This document shows positions 23,377-33,790 of a stretch of 64,000 nt of DNA, in pieces (within the stretch, counting starts at the first letter, position 1; the number at the start of each line of letters is the position of its first letter). Source of the stretch: Candidatus Woesebacteria bacterium (lineage in GTDB: Bacteria; Patescibacteriota; Microgenomatia; UBA10105; UBA927). The DNA lies in contig JBGALL010000002.1 of NCBI GenBank assembly GCA_044223895.1, forward strand, positions 704 to 64,703. The letters are read 5' to 3'. A program made the position numbers and the translations under genes. The notes beneath the pieces are model-generated. The model was not told the origin of the DNA. It ran no database searches and was given only the letters and a program-made list of their open reading frames with translations.

Positions 23377-24315
23377 TTAAACAAAAGAGAGATTTTCGTA
23401 AGCTCTTTGAGCTTTTTTTATAATCTGTTGAAAAGTATTCATTGTTTCAATAGCTTTTGAAAAATCTTTTCCTGACCACTGAAACGGAAGTTTTACTGAA
23501 GGATCCATGGCATGGGAGGTAATGCCATACCGTTCTATATCACCAATAGTTGGGTTGGTATCAGCGAACAGATTTCTACCATAGTGGAGTTGAGGCTTTT
23601 GCAATAAATCAAATAATCCTACTCCTCTTTCTTTGCCATGATGGAGGGCGGCATAGGTTCTTTTACCTACTGACCAAGCCTCATTCTCCCCTCTCATGGT
23701 TACCCGATCACCACCATGATTATTAGGTATATGCCCTGCTTCATGAAATCCTATCAACATCCATGGCTCGCCGAGAAATAAGAATCCTAATCCAGTATAA
23801 AGGATCCAAACATTTTCATTTCCTAATAGTATGGACATCTCATCTTTTCCTACTGCCCATCTGGTGAGTGTAGGCTTAATTGTAAAACGTACATTTCTAG
23901 GAGCCCCAAATAATCTTTCTAAGGGTATACTTTGTGATAGTACTTGCATTCCAGATTGTTTATCTGTTTCCAATAAATCATAGGTTCCATAGTATCCTAG
24001 TATTCCCGCTTCTGGTCCGTTTCCGCCACTGATAGGATGCAGGACCAGTTGTGTAGCTGTATCATTCTGCTTATTCCAACGAACCGCTATTCTGGGATGG
24101 TGTGAACCAAGACCTTGTTCTATAAGGAGATCAGAGGATTCTAAATGCCGAGTTCGATCTGATAGTCCATCAAGGGTTTGTTGAACTAGTTCGTGTTCTG
24201 TTTGAGCATCTGCTAGTGAACTGGTAAACACCAGTTCAGGATTCCTGATTGTTTCTGAAAGTATTTCTGGTAGCTCAGAGGAGCGTCCCATTTCAAATCG
24301 AAAACCGCCTTCCAC
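23377..24315 (-). CDS. Hypothetical protein with HExxH motif (possible zinc metalloprotein)
   Basis: FHEAGH followed by ENEAW; GTG start 8 nt after TATAAT. Confidence 0.55.
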   Translation of the reverse strand: MEGGFRFEMGRSSELPEILSETIRNPELVFTSSLADAQTEHELVQQTLDGLSDRTRHLESSDLLIEQGLGSHHPRIAVRWNKQNDTATQLVLHPISGGNGPEAGILGYYGTYDLLETDKQSGMQVLSQSIPLERLFGAPRNVRFTIKPTLTRWAVGKDEMSILLGNENVWILYTGLGFLFLGEPWMLIGFHEAGHIPNNHGGDRVTMRGENEAWSVGKRTYAALHHGKERGVGLFDLLQKPQLHYGRNLFADTNPTIGDIERYGITSHAMDPSVKLPFQWSGKDFSKAIETMNTFQQIIKKAQRAYENLSFV

Positions 24316-24487
24316 AGGTTTATATTATAGGCTATTATTGCTTCGCTTTCAAGTAAACAATTAGATGTATATCTTAAAAAAAGAACGTATAATTAGATTG
24401 TGATTTATAAGAAGATTAATCTTGTTCGATAAATAAATATATACCTTTGATATTAAATATCTTAATTGCAAAAATATATCAAAATTA

Positions 24488-25032
24488 TGAAAAATATCAA
24501 TAGAATATCGAGGAAAAATGTAATAATAGGGATTCTTTGTATCATCACGTTAATCATTTTTATATCAGTAGCCTATGTAGTAGATCAGTTAACCGACGAA
24601 GATAGGGATTATCTATTAAATGACGAAATGTTGAAACTCGTTAATGAGCTGAATGTTTATAAAGCTCAACATGGAATATATCCAAAAAGTATTTTGGAAA
24701 TACGGCAAACAGAAAATTTGTGTGTAACCATGGGGTATACCAAATGTAAAAAAGTACTCTATCGCCCAATAAAAAATTACTCTGACTTCCATTTAGCCAT
24801 GCACTCCTTTACCTGGGTTGAGTTATGGTATCGAAAAGATGTTTGTCGAGGTCCGAATGATCCGCATTTAACGAATGAAGAAAGTGATGCTATCGTACAA
24901 CAATATGGGACGATTTATTATTTTTGTGCTGCTAAACCAGAAAGTTATCCCTTATCAAATTCAACAACCTTTCCTGTTTATAGAAAGGAACCTAAAATTT
25001 TTGATAATCCTGACGAATGGCCGGTGTTGTAA
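24488..25032 (+). CDS. Single-TM protein with pseudopilin (GspG)-like helix
   Basis: TM helix then LNVYKAQHGIYPKSILEI, similar to the L..Y...G.YP..L motif; no prepilin cleavage site visible. Confidence 0.5.
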
Positions 25033-25049
25033 TTTGTATCGTGGAATTT

Positions 25050-26810
25050 TTACCGATTTGTAGTGTCTGGTGTATCACATGGAACTTTAACCTGTTGACC
25101 TACTTCCAACATATTTTGTTTTGCTTGTGATAGTTCATTCAGTTGTAAAAGATTTGGATAATCGGCTCCGTCACCGTAGACTTTTTCTGATATAGACCAA
25201 TATGAATCTCCTTCGTTAGTTGTGTAATAGCAATCTTTTGGCTGTGCGATTGGTTTTTCTTGTACGAAGTTTCCAATTTCGAATAACTTCCAATCTCCAA
25301 AATCATGTACTAATTTAGTAAACGATTCCTTCTCTGCAAACAAATTCGGGTAGGTAGTATTTACAATATCTTCTACCCCAGATCCTTCCGAAGTTGGCTT
25401 ATTTACCAGAAAATACTTCAGGTCTGAATTAGAAAAAGGAAATTTCAAATTATTAGAAAAGTTCTCGTCAATTGATTGAATGAATAAGGATGAATTTTGA
25501 GTGAAATATATAATTGAAAATCCCACTTTATCATCCACTAATATTTTCCCCTGATGAATATTGTTAGTCAGATAGGCTGCTATATCTTTAGCATGTTCAT
25601 AATTGTAATATTGCGAAGAATTAGTACCGCGTTTAAGAGCATCAATAACGATGTACTCTTGATTGTTTAACTGATTGTTAGACATCGCATACCCTGCTGT
25701 TATTGATGACAAAAAAACTAATAATAGAATTGCGGTAGTAATTATTTTTTGGGCAATGATAGAAAACCTTTCTTTCAATGCAGATATGCAGATCATAGCT
25801 ACAATCCATGTAGTTGGAATGACAAACATAAAATATCTCAACTCACCTACTGTTTTACCAAGGGTATACAGGACAACTTGTGCAAACACCAAACTGAGTC
25901 CTGAACCAAGAACTGTTGCGACTAGAAAGCGATTTTTATTTTTTGAGATGATCATAGCTAATAGGGATATAATTGGCACTAATGGTGCTAGGAAAAAAAC
26001 TTTAGCAAGGCCATTCATGAATAAGTGTAGGTGATCAATTTTAGCCACTATGTGGTTTAAGCCATCTCCCAGATTGTTATCTATTTGTTCCGCTGCCGGG
26101 AAAAAGTTTCCCGTTACAAAATAGCTAATTAATAACCAACCAGCAATAATACACGCAATTGGAAAAATATATAAAATACCGTTGGATTCAAATCTTGAAA
26201 GATAGATTTTATATTGCGTAACATGTTGAGCAAATAAGATGACAAGAAAAATTGGTAAGAGGATGAACATCTCCCAACGCGTCATAATGCCCAGAGATAA
26301 ACCAAAGGCTGAAACAATGAGAAACAAGATGTTTTCGCTACTAATATACTTCAGAAAAAAATATAGAGTTAACAGGTAAAAGAAAATACCAATGATTTCT
26401 GACATACCATTTATACCATATAAATACATCATTGGATTTATAAACATGAGAAGTATTCCTATATACCTTACAACGGTTGAAACATTGAAAAATTTTGCAA
26501 TTCGCTCTAGTAAAAATAAACTGAGAATGAAAAAAATAGCTGAAGTGATATTGCCGATAATTCCTGAATAATGAATACTACTAATCCAAGCGAATGGCAA
26601 CTGGACTAGCGTTTGCATTGGTGGCCAAACAAAGCCTATCGCGCTAAGTTTTGGATGAGTGCCAAAAAAAACTTGGTAAATGTGATACGAACGAGCTAAC
26701 GCGTCACCAAATACCACATGCAGTCGCAAGTTTAAATATAATCCACCAAGTACGGCCATCGCAAAGAATAGTGTGAATATGCTGAATTTAATATAGGTAA
26801 AAACTTTCAT
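25050..26810 (-). CDS. GT-C (PMT/ArnT-like) glycosyltransferase with C-terminal LysM domain
   Basis: GDALAR, VWPP, GMSE, TRWE in a polytopic membrane domain; YTTNEGDSYWSISEKVYGDG..Y..L..LN...LEVGQQVKVP LysM. Confidence 0.8.
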   Translation of the reverse strand: MKVFTYIKFSIFTLFFAMAVLGGLYLNLRLHVVFGDALARSYHIYQVFFGTHPKLSAIGFVWPPMQTLVQLPFAWISSIHYSGIIGNITSAIFFILSLFLLERIAKFFNVSTVVRYIGILLMFINPMMYLYGINGMSEIIGIFFYLLTLYFFLKYISSENILFLIVSAFGLSLGIMTRWEMFILLPIFLVILFAQHVTQYKIYLSRFESNGILYIFPIACIIAGWLLISYFVTGNFFPAAEQIDNNLGDGLNHIVAKIDHLHLFMNGLAKVFFLAPLVPIISLLAMIISKNKNRFLVATVLGSGLSLVFAQVVLYTLGKTVGELRYFMFVIPTTWIVAMICISALKERFSIIAQKIITTAILLLVFLSSITAGYAMSNNQLNNQEYIVIDALKRGTNSSQYYNYEHAKDIAAYLTNNIHQGKILVDDKVGFSIIYFTQNSSLFIQSIDENFSNNLKFPFSNSDLKYFLVNKPTSEGSGVEDIVNTTYPNLFAEKESFTKLVHDFGDWKLFEIGNFVQEKPIAQPKDCYYTTNEGDSYWSISEKVYGDGADYPNLLQLNELSQAKQNMLEVGQQVKVPCDTPDTTNR

Positions 26811-27751
26811 ATTGATTCAAGACTATACAAGTACTTATGTAATCGTCTCATGCCGATAGGCAATGGGACGGTTGGTTTAAAGGATAATTCTCGACGAATT
26901 TTTTTGATATTCGCCGCTAAGACATTGATGTCACCCTTCCAACTTTGATTTGTGTAGGTAATCTTCAATTCATCAATTGAAAGTATCTTTACTAAGTGAA
27001 CAACTATGTCGCGTATACTAATATTTTTTCCACCAGCGATGTTATATATCCCGCCTGATTCTGCTTTTTTGGCAGCAAGAATGAAGGCTTTTACGGTATC
27101 TTTGACATACGAATAATCACGAAGTTGTCTTCCTGTACCAAGAACTTCCAATTTTGTTCTATCCTTATAAAGCTTCCTTAATAAATCAAACATTACGTAC
27201 CGTGGCTGTCTTTCTCCATAGGTATTAAAGATACGCATGGTTACAAAAGGTAATTTATATGTATGTGCATAGGCTCTTCCCAAATGTTCAATAGCCAGTT
27301 TTGAGGCACCATACGGTGAGATAGGATTCGTCGGATGTTTTTCATCGATAGGGGTATATACCGGGTTTCCATACACAGCGGCGCTTGAAGCAAATATAAA
27401 TTTTTCTATATTATGTTTTACTGCACTGGTTAATAAGTTATAACTGCCCACGATATTAACGTTAAAATCATATCCAGGATCATTAACAGATCTAGGAACA
27501 TCGGCATTTGCTGCCAAATGGAAGATTATTTGATTTTTTTTCACTACTGCATCTACCTTTTTGGCGTTGAGTATATCGAGCTTTATAAACGTTATGTTTT
27601 TCTTAGATTTTACTAAGTTACGTAAATGACCAGTTATCAGGTTATCAATAACCGTAACTTTTGCGCCTTCAGCTACTAATGCATCAACAAGATGAGATCC
27701 TATAAACCCTGCTCCACCCGTAACGATAACTTTTTTATTTTTGAGTGTCAT
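26807..27751 (-). CDS. NAD-dependent nucleotide-sugar epimerase/dehydratase (GalE-like)
   Basis: VTGGAGFIGSH, SSAAVYG, YGASK. Confidence 0.92.
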   Translation of the reverse strand: MTLKNKKVIVTGGAGFIGSHLVDALVAEGAKVTVIDNLITGHLRNLVKSKKNITFIKLDILNAKKVDAVVKKNQIIFHLAANADVPRSVNDPGYDFNVNIVGSYNLLTSAVKHNIEKFIFASSAAVYGNPVYTPIDEKHPTNPISPYGASKLAIEHLGRAYAHTYKLPFVTMRIFNTYGERQPRYVMFDLLRKLYKDRTKLEVLGTGRQLRDYSYVKDTVKAFILAAKKAESGGIYNIAGGKNISIRDIVVHLVKILSIDELKITYTNQSWKGDINVLAANIKKIRRELSFKPTVPLPIGMRRLHKYLYSLESI

Positions 27752-27761
27752 ATGTATCCTT

Positions 27762-28931
27762 TCATGAAACGTTTGAAACTATTTGTATTAGACCGTGTAC
27801 ATTTTCTTTCCAGGAAAAACTTTTTACTGCCAGGTCTCTACATTGTTTAGCCATTGATTTTCGAAGAGATGGGTTTAATTGAATATGGGCAACTTTCTCT
27901 TGCATTGATTGTGGATCGTTTACAGGGGTAATGTAGCCATGTGTACCTGCTTTGATTACTTCTATATGTCCCCCACTTCTGGTAGCTATGACAGGTATCC
28001 CACTGGCAAAGGATTCTAATATAACCATCGGAAAGCCTTCACCTTGGATAGATGGCAATATAAATACATCCGAGGCAGCATAATATGCTGGTAAATCTTC
28101 ATCTTTTATAAACCCTAACAATTTAACATTCGATATCTTGTGGGTTGTGATATATTTTTCAATATTTTGTTTGTCTGGTCCGGTACCACCCAAAAGAAAA
28201 AGGGTGTTTTTGTGAGTATGTAATTGTGCAATCTGAAGAAATGTCTCAATACCATTTTTGAAGGTTAATCTACGTACCGTAAAACAAATAAAAGCATCGA
28301 CTGGTAGATTATATTGTTTGCGCAGAGCTGCTCGATTTTTGGCTGGAGTAAATCTGGCTATATCTACACCGTTATAGACGACTATACTTTTCTTAGCTAC
28401 TTTTGCTATAGAATTGACGTATTTATTTGTCTCTTCGCTAACAGAAATTATCTTAGTACTGTGAACTAAATTATAGCGACCAAAAATATAATCAAGGAGT
28501 GAAGAAAGAATATTCATAATTTTTGACTTGGAGATAATTTTGGTATTGTGTTGAGTCAAAATAACTGGTTTTTTATATATCTGACAAAGTAAAATACAGA
28601 TGAACGAAAACATATAGGGATGTCCGTGAACGTTCACCACGTCGGCTTTTTTGACTGAATCTATCAGAGTCTTATACGTCTTCACTGTTGGCATAGGAAG
28701 TGCAAAGGGAATACCAAACCATTTGTATGTCATATTCAAACTCTTCACTCTCGAAATAGGAATATTATCTGGAGTTGTATTCGGATCGTTATTACTAAAT
28801 TGAGATGTCAGCAACGAAACAGAATATCCTGCTTTTTTCAGCTCTCGAGATTGATTCATGATTACTTCCTCTATCCCACCTTTAAATGAAAGATATTGAT
28901 AGGCAATAAGAATGTGCTTCTTTTGTTTCAT
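27762..28931 (-). CDS. Glycosyltransferase family 4
   Basis: GGIE, YNGVD, EGFPMVILESFASGIPVIAT. Confidence 0.92.
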   Translation of the reverse strand: MKQKKHILIAYQYLSFKGGIEEVIMNQSRELKKAGYSVSLLTSQFSNNDPNTTPDNIPISRVKSLNMTYKWFGIPFALPMPTVKTYKTLIDSVKKADVVNVHGHPYMFSFICILLCQIYKKPVILTQHNTKIISKSKIMNILSSLLDYIFGRYNLVHSTKIISVSEETNKYVNSIAKVAKKSIVVYNGVDIARFTPAKNRAALRKQYNLPVDAFICFTVRRLTFKNGIETFLQIAQLHTHKNTLFLLGGTGPDKQNIEKYITTHKISNVKLLGFIKDEDLPAYYAASDVFILPSIQGEGFPMVILESFASGIPVIATRSGGHIEVIKAGTHGYITPVNDPQSMQEKVAHIQLNPSLRKSMAKQCRDLAVKSFSWKENVHGLIQIVSNVS

Positions 28932-29680
28932 ATAGATGTAACAGTAGGTATTAACCTTCTGGTATTTTTTCTAGATTTGGATGGACTCCAAAATAAATTT
29001 TTAGAGAAAACATGTAGGATTCTTAAACCATCTGAAACAGCAGATATCTTAGATTCACCATGGCGTTTTTCGTAGGTTATTGGAACAGAATACATGCGAA
29101 AGCCAAGTCGCTTCATCTTGGTAATCATATCCATTTCTAACTCAAATCCTTCACTTTGAAGATGAGGAAACATAGAGTCAATGACTTCTTTTTTCCAAGA
29201 AAAATAGCCACTCAAGACATCGGTTACGTTTGCTTGATAAAACTGTCGTACTAAGAAGGTGTACGACCAGTTAACAATTCTGTTTTGAAATTTTAATGAG
29301 TCTTTCTTGATATCTCCCCCAAGCCTTGACCCTACAACTACGTCACAGAAATCACTCAATAATGGTTCTATCATTCGTAATACTTCTTTGGCTGCGTATG
29401 TTCCATCACCATCAAGCATGACTATGAAGTCTGTATCAAAATCAATTGAGCGGAATCCTGTCATGATGGCGTGACCTTTTCCTTTTTTGTGTTCAAAAAT
29501 TACCTCTGCCTTAAATTGTTTTGCAACCTTTGCGGTATTGTCGGTTGAATTATTATCAATCACGAGAATTTTGGTCAAAATACCTAATTTCTTTAATGAA
29601 GTAATAGGTATAGTAGAAAGCACCTTCACAAGGCCTTTTTCTTCATTGTGGCAAGGAATGATAATTGTCAGTTTTTTCAT
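28928..29680 (-). CDS. Glycosyltransferase family 2 (polyprenol-phosphate sugar synthase-like)
   Basis: IIPCHNEE, IDNNSTD, GKG, MLDGDG, VVVGSR, TDVLSG. Confidence 0.9.
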   Translation of the reverse strand: MKKLTIIIPCHNEEKGLVKVLSTIPITSLKKLGILTKILVIDNNSTDNTAKVAKQFKAEVIFEHKKGKGHAIMTGFRSIDFDTDFIVMLDGDGTYAAKEVLRMIEPLLSDFCDVVVGSRLGGDIKKDSLKFQNRIVNWSYTFLVRQFYQANVTDVLSGYFSWKKEVIDSMFPHLQSEGFELEMDMITKMKRLGFRMYSVPITYEKRHGESKISAVSDGLRILHVFSKNLFWSPSKSRKNTRRLIPTVTSI

Positions 29681-29682
29681 AT

Positions 29683-31245
29683 TTATATCTGTGCAAATCT
29701 AGGCCAGAAGGAATTTCTAGACTGAGACTTTTTGGTATGTGTTTTGGGAGTGTTTTTTTGTAAATGCAGACCATGTTTAGTTTTTGACCAATAATGGGGT
29801 GCGACTATGAATTCGTAAACTGCGACCCATGCTGCAAAACTCATTGCTAACCAATAGAAGGGAACAAATATTGCATACTTAACTAAGCCGTAATGCCCAT
29901 GTTTTGCACAACCTACCATATAGAAATACAAATAAAGCATGTTTCCCAAGAACAATGAAATCGTTCCCATATAAAAGACTGGAGCAAGAAATAATGTGTC
30001 AATAAAATTACCCACATGACTTCTGAAAACAAAATAAGAAATTGTTATTCCCCACATGAAAGGATTTATCAACATTGAGAAAACCTTTCCTCCAACGATA
30101 AGTTGGAAAAAGAAACCATCAACCTTATATCTTTTGGAGGAAAATTCGGTCAGATCTCTCATATGCATGAAGTAGGTTTGGACATAACCCTTTATCCATC
30201 GAGTTCTTTGATTAAACCAATTCTTTAAATCACTATTAGCTTCTTCGAGAGTTACCGAATCAAGAATAGCGGTCGTTAAACCATTCTTTGATAGGCGCAT
30301 TCCTAAATCACAATCTTCGGTAACATTGAATGAATCCCAGCCACCTAATACATCAAGATCTTTGGTTCTAAAATGATTCGATGTTCCACCGAGTGGAATA
30401 GGAGCTGAAATTGACTGAAGTCCAGTTAACACTAGTTCAAACCATAAAGAATATTCAGCAGTAAAAATTCTTGATAACAAATTCTGGTTGGGGTTGTAGA
30501 AATTTAATTTAGCTTGTAAACATGCGACGTTTTTCGGCAATTGTTCAAATGCTAGTACTGATTTTTTTAACTGCCAAATGTCGGGGATATCTTCAGCATC
30601 ATAGATAACCGTATACTCCCCTTTGGCAAATTGAAGTCCATAGTTACAAGCTTTTGGCTTGGTTTTTGGTTTAGAATGAGGAACAACACGAATTTCAAAG
30701 GTTGAGGGCAATTTCATTTTTTGTATTTCTTCAATACTTTCTTTGTCATCTTCTTCAAGAAGAAGCATGATTTGTAGTTTTTCTTTCGGATAACTGATTT
30801 TTTGCATTGCCTCAACGAATTGTGGAACAACCTTCCATTCTTTATACAGTGGACATAAGATGGTGTAGGTTGGCCATGATTTTCTGTCTGAAATTGCTCT
30901 TTCCTTTACCGTAATTTCCGTTGCTTGTAGAAATGACCGAACTATAAGAAATAGATTAAATAGAAGATCGGTAAAATATAAGGAAGTTATAATAGAAACA
31001 AATACAACTAAGGTAGTATGCCATTGGGCGACGAAGCCTAGCGTGAGCAAGAGTATCATTATGGATAATACTACGAGCTGCATGCTATTTACTCGAGAAT
31101 AGGCTGTTTTTGCCGGAGGCAAGCGAGAATGATGAACGTAGTCGACCCCATTGTGTCTGAAGCCAAATCCGCCTTTTATCTTTATTTCAGCCTCAGAAAA
31201 CGGTGTAACTGGGCTGGAGCTAAACAATTCCCTAAGCTGTTTCAT
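29683..31245 (-). CDS. Processive membrane GT2 (cellulose-synthase-like)
   Basis: PLYKE, TKPKACN, YDAED, TEDCDLG and QRTRW (QxxRW) with flanking TMs. Confidence 0.9.
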   Translation of the reverse strand: MKQLRELFSSSPVTPFSEAEIKIKGGFGFRHNGVDYVHHSRLPPAKTAYSRVNSMQLVVLSIMILLLTLGFVAQWHTTLVVFVSIITSLYFTDLLFNLFLIVRSFLQATEITVKERAISDRKSWPTYTILCPLYKEWKVVPQFVEAMQKISYPKEKLQIMLLLEEDDKESIEEIQKMKLPSTFEIRVVPHSKPKTKPKACNYGLQFAKGEYTVIYDAEDIPDIWQLKKSVLAFEQLPKNVACLQAKLNFYNPNQNLLSRIFTAEYSLWFELVLTGLQSISAPIPLGGTSNHFRTKDLDVLGGWDSFNVTEDCDLGMRLSKNGLTTAILDSVTLEEANSDLKNWFNQRTRWIKGYVQTYFMHMRDLTEFSSKRYKVDGFFFQLIVGGKVFSMLINPFMWGITISYFVFRSHVGNFIDTLFLAPVFYMGTISLFLGNMLYLYFYMVGCAKHGHYGLVKYAIFVPFYWLAMSFAAWVAVYEFIVAPHYWSKTKHGLHLQKNTPKTHTKKSQSRNSFWPRFAQI

Positions 31246-31815
31246 AGTAATTATTACAAGACATAATAATACATACTATGAGCCTATATGTCAAGGATGG
31301 AAAACGGTATTTAACCAGTAACAACCTTGAAGCTATATCTGCAAGTTTAGAGGAGGTTTTGAAGGTAAAGAAAGAAATATTTATACATTGAGACCTTGAG
31401 GTTTTGCTTTATGTTTCCACAAACATCCTTGCGAATTTTGTGGATCTTGGGGAATACCTACTATTGATAATTAAATAGCTAGTATTAAATTCTGTTCTAG
31501 TTCTGTCTGTTTGGATTTGTCACAAAAAATACTTAAAGGTTATTCATCTGGACGATATATACTCCATGTAGTGTTACCATCTTTAATTACTTATAGTTTT
31601 CCTGGTGGATGCGGTTCTGGATTATATGCATTATTTGACCAATGCATTAGAGTGAACTATTTTTAGTAATTTTATGTCTTAGATAACAATATTAATTTCT
31701 ATTATCTCGTTTAGTATTTTTATTTACAGTATTCTAATGGTCTATAACTTGAAATACATAGAAAGTTGCTTTTGAAAAATTAATATTTCAGAAGAAATAT
31801 TCCAGAATATAGAAC

Positions 31816-32496
31816 TTATTTTTTTAATTGTTTATCATTGATTATCTTTCCATCTGATAAAGTAATTATTCTATCGGTAAGCTTGGCATAATCATCTTCA
31901 TGAGTCACCATAATAATAGTTTGACCATGGTTATTGAGATCGGAAAATACCGAAAGAATTTGTTGTGATGTTTCTGTATCAAGATTTGCTGTGGGTTCAT
32001 CTGCGAAGAGGATTTTCGGATCACCACTAATTGCTCGAGCAATACTGACTCGTTGTTGTTGTCCACCCGATAATTGATTTGGGAGATTTTCGATTCTATC
32101 TTGGAGACCAACTTTTTCTAATACTTCTATGGCTTTTTTGGCAGCTTGGTCTTGTGACATACCCAACATTAATAACGGTGTCATGACATTTTCTTTGGCA
32201 GTTAACGATGGTATCAGGGCATAGTCTTGAAAGATATATCCAAATTCCTTTAGTCGAAAATCCATACGTTCGTCTTCTGAGAAATCGTTTGTAGAAATTT
32301 GATTGACAAGTATCTCTCCTTCGGTTGGGGTATCTAACAGACTCATTTGATATAGTAAGGTGCTTTTACCAGAACCAGATTTTCCGACGATGGCAATAAA
32401 TTCCCCAGTTTTGGTTTCAAAATTTAACTGCTTAAGAACTTTTACTTCCGTACTGCCACTTTTATATGTTTTTGATAAATTTTTGACTTGAATCAT
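31816..32496 (-). CDS. ABC transporter ATP-binding protein (MacB/LolD type)
   Basis: GKSGSGKST, LSGGQQQR, FADEPT, VTH. Confidence 0.95.
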   Translation of the reverse strand: MIQVKNLSKTYKSGSTEVKVLKQLNFETKTGEFIAIVGKSGSGKSTLLYQMSLLDTPTEGEILVNQISTNDFSEDERMDFRLKEFGYIFQDYALIPSLTAKENVMTPLLMLGMSQDQAAKKAIEVLEKVGLQDRIENLPNQLSGGQQQRVSIARAISGDPKILFADEPTANLDTETSQQILSVFSDLNNHGQTIIMVTHEDDYAKLTDRIITLSDGKIINDKQLKK

Positions 32497-32500
32497 AGAA

Positions 32501-33769
32501 TTATCTCCCTAGTATTGCATCTAAGGTTCGTTGTTTCACCACAATTCGAGCTGGAATATAGCCGGCTATAATAGTTGCTACGAATAAAATGAATATTCGT
32601 AAGAGGACTCCGGGTAAATCAGCGACAAATATTCCTTCAGAAAACGGGAAATCAATAGGATGATTGGCAAAATAGGGAACCATGAGTCCATATACGATTA
32701 CCATTCCGAAAATTGTTCCACCTGAAGCATAAAATAATGATTGAAATACATACGAGGTTTCTATTGCTAAAGCATTAATACCAATCCCTTTGAGAATGCC
32801 TATATATTTTCTTCGGGTAATCGCATTGACAAAAATAACGATAAAAATCGTAATCGAAGCCACTACTAAACCAATACCTCCAATAACGTTTCCTAATAGT
32901 GCAAAGGTTGCCGATATGTCACGAATAAACTGTGGTTGGGCTTCTTGCCATGTTTGAACTTTGGCTAAATTGTCTATCTGATTTCCTAAGAAAATAGATT
33001 TTATTGCTAAATCAGATTCGTCATTTTTTGACTTTATGGCTATTTCATTGACATTGAAATCATCACGTCCAATTATCGGACGAAGCTCGCGGTCAAGCAT
33101 AAATATACGGCTATCTATCCCCTGAACTTTTCCTTTGACTACTCCAACAATAGTAACTTCTTTGACGATGTCGTTTATTGTTATGCGAACAACCGAACCG
33201 ACATCGGCATTTTTGAGAGCCAATGTCCCTGTACCCGCTGCTGATTGATATTTCTGTAATAAGGAAACACCAACAAGTATTTGATCTTTCTTACTGGAAT
33301 CCAGATACGAACCTTTGATAACTAACTGGGATAATCCAGTAACTTTATCTTCTTTTTCGGGATTTATCCCGGCAACCACTCCTGTGGCGCGGTCGGTTTC
33401 TTCGTCTCTGCGTGTTTGGGTTTTATAATCGGCTTCGAGTTTTGCAGGAGCTGTATATCGAGGGCTAACAGACTGAATCATCCCTATTTGTTCGCTCAAA
33501 CCGATGGCTAAATGGCTATCCTCTATATAGGATTTTTTGTCGAGAACTGATAAAAAAATATTCCCGGTATAGCGTTCTCTGTAAGAACGAACAGAACCTT
33601 CCGTTAAGCCTACCAAAATCCCACGAATAACAATAAGGTTTAAGAAGGTCAACATCATGACGAAGGTAATAAGAATAGTCGTCCATTTATTGGCACGATT
33701 AATATCCCGAACTGCCAAAAAATATCCAACTTTTATGGATACGATTATTTGCAGCAGATTTTTTTTCAT
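32501..33769 (-). CDS. ABC transporter permease (FtsX/MacB type)
   Basis: TM, large extracytoplasmic domain, three C-terminal TMs; RRKYIGILKGIG, YIPAR. Confidence 0.88.
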   Translation of the reverse strand: MKKNLLQIIVSIKVGYFLAVRDINRANKWTTILITFVMMLTFLNLIVIRGILVGLTEGSVRSYRERYTGNIFLSVLDKKSYIEDSHLAIGLSEQIGMIQSVSPRYTAPAKLEADYKTQTRRDEETDRATGVVAGINPEKEDKVTGLSQLVIKGSYLDSSKKDQILVGVSLLQKYQSAAGTGTLALKNADVGSVVRITINDIVKEVTIVGVVKGKVQGIDSRIFMLDRELRPIIGRDDFNVNEIAIKSKNDESDLAIKSIFLGNQIDNLAKVQTWQEAQPQFIRDISATFALLGNVIGGIGLVVASITIFIVIFVNAITRRKYIGILKGIGINALAIETSYVFQSLFYASGGTIFGMVIVYGLMVPYFANHPIDFPFSEGIFVADLPGVLLRIFILFVATIIAGYIPARIVVKQRTLDAILGR

Positions 33770-33790
33770 GGTGCTCTTTTGCGGCAGGTT

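Noticed and set aside
31246-31815. Gene or ncRNA in the 570-bp AT-rich gap
   Set aside because: Only short interrupted frames and no convincing structure; it may be a decayed gene but this cannot be supported
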